Positions 41,221 to 53,019 are shown, counted from the first letter of the stretch. The stretch is DNA of 64,000 nucleotides from Octopus vulgaris (GCA_951406725.2 OX597820.1:126666001-126730000); one strand, 5' to 3'. Numbers and translations are program-made. Notes: generated from the letters alone by a model not told the origin.

Positions 41221-44200
41221 TCACTTGTCCTGCCTGGTCTTCTCACGTACAGAATATTTCCAAAGGTCTCGGTCTCTGGTCATTTCCTCAGTGAGGCCTA
41301 AAGTTCGAAGGTCGTACTTCACCACCTCGTCCCAGGTTTTCCTGGGTCTACCTCTTCCACGGGTTCCCTCAACTGCTAGGGATTGGCACTTTCTCACACA
41401 CCTATCTTCATCCATTCTCGCCACATGACCATACCAGCGCAATCGTCTCTCTTGCACACCACAACTGATGCTTCTTAGGTACAACATTTCTCTCAAGGTG
41501 CTAACGCTCTGTCGAGTATGTACACTGACATTACACATCCATCGGAGCATACTGGCTTCATTCCTCACGAGCTTACGCATGTCCTCAGCAGTCACGGCCC
41601 ATGTTTCGCTGCCATGTAGCATGGCTGTTCGTACACACGCATCATACAGTCTGCCTTTTACTCTGAGCGAGAGGCCTTTAGTCACCAGCAGAGGTAAGAG
41701 CTCCCTAAACTTTGCCCAGGCTATTCTTATTCTAGCAGTTACACTTTCAGCGCACCCACCCCCACTACTGACTTGGTCACCTAGATAACGGAAGCTATCA
41801 ACTACTTCTAGTTTTTCCCCCTGGAAAGTGACGGAAGTTGTTTTCTGCAGATTTTCGGAGGTTAATGCTCCCGAGCATCTGCCACATACAAAAACTATCT
41901 TCCCAGTTAGCCTACCTTTGACATTGCTGCACCTCTTATGTGTCCATAGCTTACACTGGGTACATCTTATAGAGTTTCTACCTACACCTTTTCTACAGAT
42001 CGAGCAGGGCCATCTTCCTGAAGATATTTGTGGATTGTCTACCTTTCTACTTATTAGTACTTTGGTTTTAGCTAGGTTGACTCTAAGGCCCCTTGATTCT
42101 AAACCCTCCTTCCACACCTGGAACTTCTCCTCCAGTTCTGATAGTGACTCAGCAATAAGAGCAAGGTCGTCAGCGTAGAGGAGCTCCCAGGGACAGCCTG
42201 TCTTGAATTCCTCCGTAATTGCCTGGAGTACTATGATAAATAGGAGGGGGCTGAGTACTGAACCCTGGTGGACCCCAACCTCTACTTTGAATTCTTCTGT
42301 GTACATGTTGCCAACCCTAACCTTACTTACGGCATCTCTGTACATGGCTTGCACAGTCCTCACCAGCCATTCATCTATCCCTAGTTTCCTCATTGACCAC
42401 CAGATAAGGGATCGGGGGACCCTATCAAAAGCTTTCTCCATGTCAACGAAAGCCAGGTACAGGGGCTTATCTTTGGCTAGGTATTTCTCCTGCAGCTGCC
42501 TTACCAGGAGTATAGCATCAGTGGTACTTTTCCCTGGCACGAACCCAAACTGCATCTCATCTAAACTAACTCTCTCTCTAATTAGTTGGGCTATGACCCT
42601 CTCCGTAACCTTCATTACTTGATCCAACAGCTTGATACCTCTGTAATTATTTGTATCTAGGGCATCACCTTTACCTTTGTAGCAGTTGACTAGTATGCTG
42701 CTGCACCAGTCATTGGGTATGACTCCTTCGTGTATCACCTGGTTGACTATACGGGTGACTAGGTTATAGCCGACACTGCCAGATATTTTGAGCATCTCTG
42801 CAGTAATTCCTGATGGGCCTGGGGCTTTCCCTGTCTTCATGCTTCTAATTGCCTTAGCTACCACGGAACTATCAACTCGGATAGCTGGTCCCTCTGTAGG
42901 GTCAACATTCGGCAGACTCTCTTTATCCCATTCATTTTCCTCATTCAGTAACCTTTCATAGTGGCGTCTCCAAGCTTCTCTCTTTGCATCCTCATTTAGC
43001 GCAAGTGAACCATCCTCCATGCGAACACATTTCTCTCCTACCACATCACGATTCTCTCTCACACACTGTCTTGCAACACGAAATACCTCAAGTCTTTCAT
43101 CCTTACGGCGCAGGACATTGGCAAATTTTCTCTTATCTGCTTCCCCTCTGGCTAGATAGACCTGTCTCCTAGCTTCCCTTCTGGCAGTCTGATACCCTTC
43201 CCTGCTACCACCGTTCTTCCAGGCCTTCCAAGCCTGTTTCTTTTGTCTAATAGCCCTGTCAACAATATTGTTCCACCACCACGTTATTTTGGGTCTTAAG
43301 GGGACTTTGCACCAGCCACAGATCTGGTCAGCGGCTTTCAGCAGGTTGTCCCTCAGAAACGTCCAGTTGTCTTCTACCCCATGTGTAGCTATACCCCCTT
43401 CCACTTCGTCGAAGGCTTCAAGTAACATATCTCTAAATCTCTGTCCATTCGCAGGGGCTTTAAGCTTCCAGACCCTTCTTCTCCATGTTGGTCGTCTTCT
43501 AGTCGCCCTCTTAGTCCTGATCCTAAAGTCACTAACTACCAGTCTATGTTGTGGGATACATTCTTCGCCTGGGAAGGTTTTGGCATTTTTAAGCAGCCAT
43601 CTTTCCCTTTTTCTGGCAAGGATGTAGTCGATTTGGCTAGTATGCCGGCCCGATCGGTAGGTGACCAGGTGGCTTGTTGGTTTCCTGAAGTTAGTGTTGC
43701 AGACCATAAGACTATTCGCATCGCAGAACTCCAGCAGCCTGGTTCCCTCCTCGTTGCGGGAACCATAACCGTAGCCTCCATGTATGCCATGGAAGCCCCC
43801 AGCATGTCGTCCAACATGCCCATTGAAATCACCAGCCACAAAGAGAAGGTCCCTGTCGTTCGTCGATGAGGTGGTCTGCAGTAGGGTGTCATAGAAACTG
43901 TCTTTCTGTCCATCGGGTAGCCCTGGCTGAGGGGCATAGGCCGATATAATGGTTGCTAATCTATTATGAAGCACTATTCTAATCTTAAGTATTCTGTCAC
44001 TTACTCTGATTACCTCAACTACTCTATCTATCCATTTCTCAGCGATAAGTATACCCACGCCACCAACCCCGTCAGTGTTCCCTGCCCAGAAAATCTTGTA
44101 CCTGTGTTCCTTGCCTGTGAGGACCCTAGCAGATCCTCCTCTCCACCTTATTTCTTGCATACAACATACATCAACACGTCTCCGTTCAAGCATCTCGACT

Positions 44201-44334
44201 ATCTCGCCAGACCTACCTTTCAATGTGCCAACGTTGAGGGTGCCCACCCTGAGGGTGTGGGCCTCTGAGACCCTGGGATGAGGGGCCGCAGTGTTATGTA
44301 CCTGAAAAGAAAGCTTGCATTTGCCAGATATCAT
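41221..44334 (-). CDS. RTE LINE polyprotein: AP-like endonuclease + reverse transcriptase with inserted PHD finger (1037 aa)
   Basis: APE motifs GTLNVGTL, QEIRW, SAYAP, GDFNGHVG, SQIDY, QHRLV; RT motifs YRGIKLL, QFGF, FVDMEKAFD, GVHQGSVLSPLLF, LYADD, FRYLG; C4HC3 CSIC..CTQC..H..C..CGRC; RTE C-terminus RRLRWYGHV..RGRGRPRKTW. Confidence 0.96.
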   Translation of the reverse strand: MISGKCKLSFQVHNTAAPHPRVSEAHTLRVGTLNVGTLKGRSGEIVEMLERRRVDVCCMQEIRWRGGSARVLTGKEHRYKIFWAGNTDGVGGVGILIAEKWIDRVVEVIRVSDRILKIRIVLHNRLATIISAYAPQPGLPDGQKDSFYDTLLQTTSSTNDRDLLFVAGDFNGHVGRHAGGFHGIHGGYGYGSRNEEGTRLLEFCDANSLMVCNTNFRKPTSHLVTYRSGRHTSQIDYILARKRERWLLKNAKTFPGEECIPQHRLVVSDFRIRTKRATRRRPTWRRRVWKLKAPANGQRFRDMLLEAFDEVEGGIATHGVEDNWTFLRDNLLKAADQICGWCKVPLRPKITWWWNNIVDRAIRQKKQAWKAWKNGGSREGYQTARREARRQVYLARGEADKRKFANVLRRKDERLEVFRVARQCVRENRDVVGEKCVRMEDGSLALNEDAKREAWRRHYERLLNEENEWDKESLPNVDPTEGPAIRVDSSVVAKAIRSMKTGKAPGPSGITAEMLKISGSVGYNLVTRIVNQVIHEGVIPNDWCSSILVNCYKGKGDALDTNNYRGIKLLDQVMKVTERVIAQLIRERVSLDEMQFGFVPGKSTTDAILLVRQLQEKYLAKDKPLYLAFVDMEKAFDRVPRSLIWWSMRKLGIDEWLVRTVQAMYRDAVSKVRVGNMYTEEFKVEVGVHQGSVLSPLLFIIVLQAITEEFKTGCPWELLYADDLALIAESLSELEEKFQVWKEGLESRGLRVNLAKTKVLISRKVDNPQISSGRWPCSICRKGVGRNSIRCTQCKLWTHKRCSNVKGRLTGKIVFVCGRCSGALTSENLQKTTSVTFQGEKLEVVDSFRYLGDQVSSGGGCAESVTARIRIAWAKFRELLPLLVTKGLSLRVKGRLYDACVRTAMLHGSETWAVTAEDMRKLVRNEASMLRWMCNVSVHTRQSVSTLREMLYLRSISCGVQERRLRWYGHVARMDEDRCVRKCQSLAVEGTRGRGRPRKTWDEVVKYDLRTLGLTEEMTRDRDLWKYSVREKTRQDK

Positions 44335-44495
44335 ACTGAGACTCTAGACTACAACCTGCATAAATTTCAAAGTTTTTACGCTATATGATCACAATAAACC
44401 CTACATAGGGGTGAGGGGGGGTCAAGAAAGATAGAAAACAGAAACTTCCGGTTCTGGTGGATAGGTGGGAGGGCGGGGTCACCTCCCTCCAAGAA

Positions 44496-45731
44496 ACAAC
44501 AGGTTTTAAGTTAATACGTAGGGAATTTTCTGCGACAGAAATTACTGAACATCTAGAAACTTCGGGGTTCGATTAAAACATAATATAAATAGGAGAGAGA
44601 GGGAGAATATTGTAGTGAATTCTGGGGATGGAATAACAACGGGATGACACTGAAATTAAAGGAGGAATTTAAAATGCATGACAGACAGGAAGCCATGCAT
44701 ACAAGATGGCGAAATAAATAATAGAGAAACGGGATTTAGAGTTACGAATCAACGCTTAAAAAAATGAATATGAATGACAGGTTGTAAGTTAAATTCGCTT
44801 AGCTGGTCATTTTTCGAGTCAGTGTTTTGTCAGCAAGATGTAGAATCGAGAAGAGGGACGAGATAACACTGCTTTATAAAGAGTTAGGGATTGGGGAGGG
44901 GGGATTATCAGGTGGAAGCATGAGGAAAGAGAGAGGGGAGAAGGAAGAGAGAGAGAGAGCTAAGGAACAGCAGGTTTAATTCGTAAGGAATTTTCTGCAA
45001 CAGAAATTACTGAACATCTAGAAACTTCGGGGTTCGAGAAGAATGTAATATAAATAAGAGAGAGAGAAAATATTTCGTAGGGAATTTAGGGTATCTTTGG
45101 GGAAAGGAATAACGACGAAGGAACAACAGGTTTTAAGTTAATACGTAGGGAATTTTCTGCGACAGAGATTACTGAACATCTAGAAACTTCGGGGTTCGAG
45201 AAGAATGTAATATAAATAAGAGAGAGAGAAAATATTTCGTAGGGAATTTAGGGTATCTTTGGGGAAAGGAATAACGACGAAGGAACAACAGGTTTTAAGT
45301 TAATACGTAGGCAATTTTCTGCGACAGAGATTACTGAACATCTAGAAACTTCGGGGTTCGAGAAGAAAGTAATATAAATAAGAGAGAGAGAAAATATTTC
45401 GTAGGGAATTTAGGGTATCTTTGGGGAAAGGAATAACGACGAAGGAACAACAGGTTTTAAGTTAATACGTAGGCAATTTTCTGCGACAGAAATTACTGAA
45501 CATCTAGAAACTTCGGGGTTCGATTAAAACATAATATAAATAGGAGAGAGAGGGAGAATATTGTAGTGAATTCTGGGGATGGAATAACAACGGGATGACA
45601 CTGAAATTAAAGGAGGAATTTAAAATGCATGACAGACAGGAAGCCATGCATACAAGATGGCGAAATAAATAATAGAGAAACGGGATTTAGAGTTACGAAT
45701 CAACGCTTAAAAAAATGAATATGAATGACAG
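44496..45731 (-). repeat. Modular repeat array upstream of the LINE ORF (2 x ~285-bp A units flanking 162-bp B units)
   Basis: 44496-44780 is repeated at 45446-45731; GAACAACAGG recurs at 45121, 45283 and 45445; A and B units share their first ~80 bp. Confidence 0.9.
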
Positions 45732-46704
45732 TTGAGATCCCTGATTTGTTTTAATATGACATATGTAAGAGGGTGAAAAACGAAGGTCACTGGTTTAGAT
45801 ATTTTTATATTACATAAAAGGTAAACTTCATTATATAGCAGATACACAGAAGCAGTTATTACAGTTTGGTGAAATAAATACCTTCAAATACTCAGAAAGC
45901 TTTTGTCACCAAGGTGGCTTGATTAACTGTGGAAGTGTGTATTCTAGATAATACAGTTGTTAAAGTAAGAACAGGGTGGAAAAACTTCAGGCATCTATTT
46001 ACTCTGCTAGCAACAAAGGTTTTTCACTCTCAGCATAAAAGGAAGATTGTGTCTTCTACTATAGCTTAGGACTGACCAAGGCCTTGTGAGTGGATTTGGT
46101 TGAGGGTAACTGAAAGAAGCCCATTATACATACATGTGTGTGTGTGTGTGCGTGTGTGTTTTGTCACCCACAACTGATCAACAACTAGTGTTAGTTTGGT
46201 TACATCCCTGTAACTTAGCAGTTCATGCTCAAATTGTCATGGTTGTTGTGATCACCATTGTCCAAACACAATGGCCACTATTACTGTGACAAAGAAGGTT
46301 CATAGAGTAAAGATGGACAATGAATTAGTGGAAAACAGACATCTAAATTTCAGCTCCCTTTTTCTTATTGACAAATATGCATATGTAAAAAAAAATACAA
46401 AAGAAAGAAACCAATCGAATAAGTAGCAGTTTTAAAAGAAATACAAAGAAATTGGGGTTGGTTCATTTGACTAAAAGATTCTTAAAGGCAGTGCCCCAGC
46501 ATGGCCATAATCTAATGACTGAAACAAGTACAAGATACATACATATATATATATATATATACATATATTAATAGTAATGGTATGACAACAAAAGAATGAA
46601 GGAGACCTCGATATTATGTAAATAGAGGAATTAATCTGTAATATAATATGTGACAATTATTTGGTTGCTATAATAAAACTCTGAGTTTTGGAATTCAGAG
46701 CAGA

Positions 46705-46885
46705 ATATGGAGACTGTTTTAGCTGAAAAATGAACGAAAATTCCTTTGGAAACAATTCAAACTTTGTACAAATCCATATCTCATAAAATTCAAGCTGTAA
46801 TTACCTCCAAAGGCTTCCTACACATTATTAAAATAAATTTGTTTGAAATTTTAAGGTGTTTCCATTATTTTGTCCAACCCCTGTA
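46705..46885 (+). mobile_element. Tc1-like transposon 3' end fragment
   Basis: IPLETIQTLYKSISHKIQAVITSKG resembles a Tc1 transposase C-terminus; ends TTTTGTCCAACCCCTG-TA. Confidence 0.6.
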
Positions 46886-46965
46886 TATATGTGTGTTGTG
46901 TGTGTGCATGTGTGTGTGTACATATGTATATGTGTATATATATATATTTATATACTTCTATATGT

Positions 46966-47535
46966 GAAGACCTGTTGAGGTGTGAAGACCTGTTGAGGCA
47001 AGTGAAAATCAATCAAATCAAATCAAATCAAATCAAACCAAATCAAAATAGATGAACATCAATGGAATTTGTATCCTTGTGGTACCAGTGCCGGTGGCAC
47101 ATAAGAAAACCATCCGAGCGTGACCGTAGCCAGTACCGCATCGACTGGCCTCCGTGCTGAGGGCACGTAACAAACACTATCCGAACGTGGCCGTTCACCA
47201 GCCTCGTCTGGCACCTGTGTCGGTGGCACATAAAAACACCATCCGAGCATGGCCGTCTGCCAGCCTTGTCTGGCACCTGTGTCGGTGGCACATAAAAACA
47301 CCATCCGAATGTGGCCGTCTGCCAGCCTCGCCTGGCACCTGTGTCGGTGGCACATAAAATCACCCACTACACTCTCCGAGTGGTTGGCGTTAGGAAGGGC
47401 ATCCAGCTGTAGAAACACTGCCAGATCTGACTGGCCTGGTGCAGCCTTCGAGCTTGCCAGACCGCAGTTGAACCGTCCAACCCATGCTAGCATGGAAAGC
47501 GGACGTTAAACGATGATGATGATGATGATGATGAT
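46966..47535 (+). mobile_element. RTE 3'-UTR copy with an expanded ~60-bp unit array
   Basis: Repeated AAACACCATCCGA..GTGGCCGT..GCCAGCCT..CTGGCACCTGTGTCGGTGGCACAT units, standard 3' end and (GAT)n tail. Confidence 0.88.
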
Positions 47536-47700
47536 GTATGTATGTATCTATGCATCTATCTATCTATCTACATATATATATATATATATGCCAGATAAGA
47601 CCGGAGCCTGGTGCAGCCTCCTGGCTTCCCAGATCCCCGGTCGAACCGTCCAACCCATGCTAGCATGGAGAACGGATGTTAAACGATGATGATGATGATG

Positions 47701-47734
<34 letters not shown>

Positions 47735-48236
47735 ATGTATTTGTATATATATATATATATATATATATTGTTTAAAATACATTTATTTACATATATACCA
47801 ATAGTTTCAACAATATTTTTTGTTTATCAATGGTAAAAGTTTAAAATTAGAAAAAGCATCTTTAAAAGTTTCAATGTTGACAAATTAAAATGTTTCAATG
47901 TTGATAAATTAACATGTTCAAAGCAGAAGGTGTAAGTTTGAATGTTCAAAACAGAAGGTGTAAGTTTGAATGTTCATAGCAGTCAATAAAATTAAAACTG
48001 CATATCAATTTGTTTGAAAGTACCAAGTTCATTAATTTTAGTGGTTTACAGTTTTTCTTGACTGCTATGAACATTCAAACTTAACATGCAAGTGGCTGAG
48101 CACTCCACAGACACATGTACCCTTACAATTATGAGCCAAATGCCCTAACCACTATGCCACATGCCTTCACACACTCACACACACATATATTTATACAGAT
48201 ATAAATACATATAAATATATATAGGAAGAGACAGGT

Positions 48237-48279
<43 letters not shown>

Positions 48280-49036
48280 AACACACACACACACACAGAG
48301 TAAGAAGAGGGAAAATGAAAATAGAATTGGCAGATGTGATTTCAGTTAAAGTTATACATCTGATGTCTGGAAACGTTGTTATGTAGAAATATGCCAAACA
48401 GGGAAGCAGGAATTTGGTATTTAAACCTCACCTTTTTTTTTCTTATGTTCTACAGACAAAGTACTTTGCAAAAAGAAACTTCCTAGAAATTTCCTGACTT
48501 ATATAAGTGGAATTTCGTTTGGAAATAGTTGTATGGTGAGAAAAACTCCCTTTGTAATTCCATGGTTGCATGAGCCTTTTACTATAAACCTTGTGTTGGC
48601 CAATATCTTGTATGTGAAATACGGTAGATGGAAACTGTGAAGAAAACTGTCATAAACATCTTTCTCTCTCCCTCTTCTCTCTTTTTCTCCCTCTCTCCCT
48701 CTCTCTCTCTCTCACATACACTCACACATACAAAACAGCACCCATGCTAGTGACATGTAAAAGGTACCCACTATACACTTGGGGTGGTTGGTGTTAGGAA
48801 GGGTATCCAAGCCACATCAAACTGGAACCTGGTGCAGCACTCCAGCTTATCAGTTCCAGTCAAACTGTCCAACTCATGCCAGCATGGAAAGCGGATGCTA
48901 AATGATGATGATGATAGATATATGTGTGTGTGTGTGTGACGATCACGAGGGAGCAAGTTTGATTCCTGGACCAGGCTTTGTGTTGTGTTCTTGATCAAGA
49001 CACTTCATTTCACATTGCTCCAGTTCACTCAGCTGT

Positions 49037-49288
49037 GTGGAGGCACGTGGCTTAATGGTTAGGGTGATGAACTCATGATCGTAAGGTTGTGGTTTCGATT
49101 CCTGAACCAGGCGATGCATTGTGTTCTTGAGTAAAACACTTCGTTTCTCGTTGCTCCAGTCCACTCAGCTGGCAAAAATGAGTAATCCTGCGACAGAGCA
49201 GCGTCCCGTCCAGGTGGGGAATTTCTTCGCCACTGAAACCAGGAAACCAGCCCTTATGAGCCTGGCATGGCTTGAGAAGGAAGAAGGA
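49037..49288 (+). mobile_element. SINE C variant nested in another SINE C with a 10-bp TSD
   Basis: ACTCAGCTGT at 49027-49036 and 49289-49298; the host SINE resumes at AGAAATGAGTTGCG. Confidence 0.8.
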
Positions 49289-49582
49289 ACTCAGCTGTAG
49301 AAATGAGTTGCGACATCACTGATGCCAAGCTGTATCGGCCCCTTTTCCTTTCCCTTGGATAACATCAGTGGTGTGGAGGGGAGGCTGGGCAGCTGCTGGT
49401 CTTCCATAAAAAAACAACCTTTCCCCCAGTCCTGTGCCTTGGAAGGTAACTTTCTATGTGCAATCCTATGGTCATTCATGACTGAAGGGGCTCTTTACTT
49501 TTAATGTATGTGACAAGTTTTATTCAGTTTCCATCTACCAAATCCACTCACAAGGCTTCAGTCAGGCTTGGGGCTATATATT

Positions 49583-49617
<35 letters not shown>

Positions 49618-50499
49618 TATTTAGCATCCATTTTCCATACTGGCATGAGATGGACAGTTCTACAGGAGCTTGCCAGCCACAGGGATGCACCAGCTCCAGT
49701 TGTCTGTTTGGCATTGTTTCTACAGCTGGATGCCCTTCCCAACACCAGCCTCTTTACAGAGTAGACTGCTTTTTATAAAGCCCTGGCACAAGTGCTTTAC
49801 ACATGGCACCATCAAGATGCGTGTCTGTCTGTCTGTCCATCCATTTGTGTCTGTGTAAATATATATGTATGTATGAGTATGCATATGTGTTCGTGTATCA
49901 GCATGTATGTATGTTTGTGTATCCTTGTCTTGACCATACCCACCTCCATATACACACAAACATCATATAAATATATATATAGTCTCTTATCTTTTATCTT
50001 TTACTTCATTCAGTCATTTGATTGCAACCATGCTGGAGCACTGCCTTGAATAATTTTTAGTCAAGTGAATCGATCCAGTACTTAATTTTATTAAGTCTGG
50101 TACTTATTCTATCACCCTCTTTTGCTAAACTGCTAAGTTACAGGGACATATAAAACACACCAACACCAGTTATGACGTGGTGGCAGGGGACAGGCACAAG
50201 GACACTCCCACGTAGATATATAAATACGACAAGCTTCTTTCAGTTTCCATCAACCAAATCAACTCACAAGCACCCACTACACTCACGGAGTGGTTGGCGT
50301 TAGGAAGGGCATCCAGCTGTAGAAACAGTGCCAGATCACACTGGAGCCTGGTGCAGCCTCCTGGATTCCCAGACCCTGGTCGAACCATCCAACCCATGCT
50401 AGCATGGAAAACGGACGTTAAACGGTGATGATGATGATGTTTAGTATCCAAGACATCAGATGTAAACAAACAATGTGATTGAAGATGAAAAAATGGGTA

Positions 50500-50551
50500 A
50501 TGGGTGGATATGCCATATTTCGGAGGCTTTTGCCCCATCATCAGCACCCAT
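50500..50551 (-). ncRNA. Compact type I hammerhead ribozyme, near-intact
   Basis: Minus ATGGGTG-CTGATGA-T-GGGGC-AAAA-GCCTC-C-GAAA-TATG-G-CATA-TC-CACCCAT: 7-bp helix I, complete core, helix II, quasi-palindromic helix III, AUC cleavage triplet. Confidence 0.8.
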
Positions 50552-50641
50552 CTGATCCATTAATCATCTATGGACTCATTGCTTAAAGGGCCACTATTTA
50601 CAGTGGTGTAATGCTATTGGATATACCAATTTTCATATTAA

Positions 50642-50867
50642 CCCTCTCATTACTGTATTTATTTTGAGATGCTCTGTGTTTCTTTCAATTACTTTAAATG
50701 TAACAAAGAATTTAGTAAAATAACTTAGTTATCATTAAGCTAGTGTTAGGAACATAAATTGTGACTAAGGTTTGGTGGAAGATTTTAATTCAAAACTTAT
50801 GAAAAGAAGACATTTGTACTCAGAGCCAGAGCCAGAGCCGGTTTCAGCCAGGTCGGTAACGAAAGGG
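50642..50867. mobile_element. piggyBac-type MITE
   Basis: TTAA|CCCTCTCATTAC...GTAACGAAAGGG|TTAA. Confidence 0.8.
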
Positions 50868-51784
50868 TTAAACACATTCCAAGACACTGGTACAAAATGT
50901 GCTGCCGTATTATATGTGAGGTAAGGAGTGAGTAATCCTTGTAACAGTATCAAAGCAACAAGCTGGCAGAAACGATAGCATACTGGACGAAATGCCTAGC
51001 AGTATTTCATCTGTCTTTACGTTCTGAGTTCAAACTCCACCAAGGTCGACTTTGCCTTTCATTCTTTCGGGGTCGATAAATTAAGTACCTGTTGCATATT
51101 GGGGTCAATCTAATCAACTGCCCCCCCCCTCCCCAAAAATTTCAGGCTAGAGTAGAAAAATCTCCTTGTAACAGTATAGTGGTGTGATGCTTTATTATAT
51201 TTCTTTCACACTTCAGCATATAAACTGGCCATATACAGCCCAAATATTTTACCTGTTTTACCTTTAAACCAGCCAGACCCCTAACTCTTACACCTAGCCT
51301 ACTGTCATTTTAAAAGACAAACAATCACATCATCAAAATCTGAAAGTTAGGAGATAAGGCAGGATTAATTCAAAACATTGTGAATAAATAAGAATTACTT
51401 TTGACAGAATAATCTGAATGCTAAAGGGTTGAAATACAACAGAAATGAAATCTAATTCTAATGAAAACAGAAAGGAAATTACTTTAGCTGATGAAGCACA
51501 TGTGTGGCTGTGGGGTCAAGAACTTAGGTTCTCAATAACATGGTTCAGTCCCACTCCATGACAACTTGGGTCAGTGTTTTCTATTATAACCTGTGGCAAA
51601 TTGAATCTTTATGAGTGGATTTGGTACGTGGAAACTTATAGAAGCCCACCATATACATATATGTGTGTGTGTGTGTGTGTGTATGTACTTATGTATGTAT
51701 ATATGTATGTATGGATGTATGTATGTATGGATGTATGTATGTGTTTGTGTATATGTACTTATGTATGTATGCATGTGCGTGTCT

Positions 51785-51824
<40 letters not shown>

Positions 51825-53019
51825 GTGTGTGTCCTTGTCTTGACATTATATGACAGTTGTAAATGATTGTCCCTGTCAAACTAGCAGTGTCATTCATTCA
51901 TTCATTTCAATATACCTTGAGAACATGTCTTGCCATGGGGAAAATATTACCTTGCTTGGACACAGATGAGGGTTGGCAACAGGAAGTGCATCCGGCTGTA
52001 AGAAAAATTTGCCTCAAACAAACTCATAAGACCCATGCATACACAGAAAAGTAGACATTAAATGGTGATGATGACGATGATGATAATGATGATGATGACG
52101 ACGACAACGATGACAACGGTGGCAGCGGTGGTGGGAACACTGGTGGTGGTGGTGGTGGTGGTGATAGGCATACATGTATGTAAGTGTCGTATGTGTGAGT
52201 GTGTAAGCATGCATATGCGTGTGAGCATGTATGACTCTGTGTGTGTGTGTGCAAGTTTTTTTTTTGGATTGTGGGTTCTTAGTTAATTATTTTCTCCCAC
52301 TTGCATTGTTTCTAAGCTGTAGCTAATCAGACATGAGATTAAATCAATCCTGTATCATTATATCCTTGCTCGCATTTACACACGATCCTTGCCCTGACAC
52401 AGGTTGAACTCATTTTGTTTCTCGAATTGTCTTCAGTATTCCATAAACAAAGTTGTCAAGTAACCACTGTCAAAACATAATACTAAGATAACTAATAAAG
52501 GAGCTTCTCTACCGATCACCTAACTTTCTAGAAATAGCAGCCAAATCTCCCTCAGAGTATTTCCCTGTCCTAGTATTGTGTGGTGCTAGATTCACTATCA
52601 TTATCATCCTCACCATCACCATCACCATCATCATCATCCTTCTCCGTCATCATTGTCATTACCATCGCCACCACCGCCACCACCACCACCACCACCACCA
52701 CCACAACAACAACAACAACAACAACAACAACCACTACCATCACAACTACCACCACCACCACCACCATCACATCACAACCACAACCACCTCCACCACTACT
52801 ACCACAACCCCCACCATCAACACCACTACCACAACAACAACCACCAACATTTTCCACCACCACCACCATCATCATTTTAATGTCTACATTTCCACACTTG
52901 TATGGGTCAGATGCAGATGTGCTGAGGTAGAGTTAGTTTTCTAAAACCTGGTGCCCTTCCTCTAACCAATTCTCCCTTATTAGCAATGAGAAAATAATCT
53001 CCCAGTCAATAAATAAATA

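Larger units (their letters stand above)
40395..45731 (-). mobile_element. Long, apparently young RTE-clade LINE
   Basis: Uninterrupted ORF, repeat-containing 5' region, 3' UTR ending in CCATGCTAGCATGG hairpin and (GAT)n tail (plus strand (ATC)n at 40395). No TSD found, so the 5' boundary is inferred from the end of the repeat array. Confidence 0.9.

Noticed and set aside
40450-41301. 283-aa plus-strand ORF with 53-aa repeats
   Set aside because: Antisense to the LINE 3' UTR; the periodicity follows from the 159-bp repeat being a multiple of 3.
41468-44281. Several plus-strand and alternate-frame ORFs overlapping the RTE ORF
   Set aside because: Shadow ORFs of a GC-richer coding region with no recognisable motifs.
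40380-45760. Target-site duplication for the long RTE
   Set aside because: No matching direct repeat found at the two inferred ends.
47090-47360. Regularly spaced repeats resembling a CRISPR array
   Set aside because: The intervening sequences are homologous to each other, the context is eukaryotic and the array is part of the RTE 3' UTR; no cas genes.
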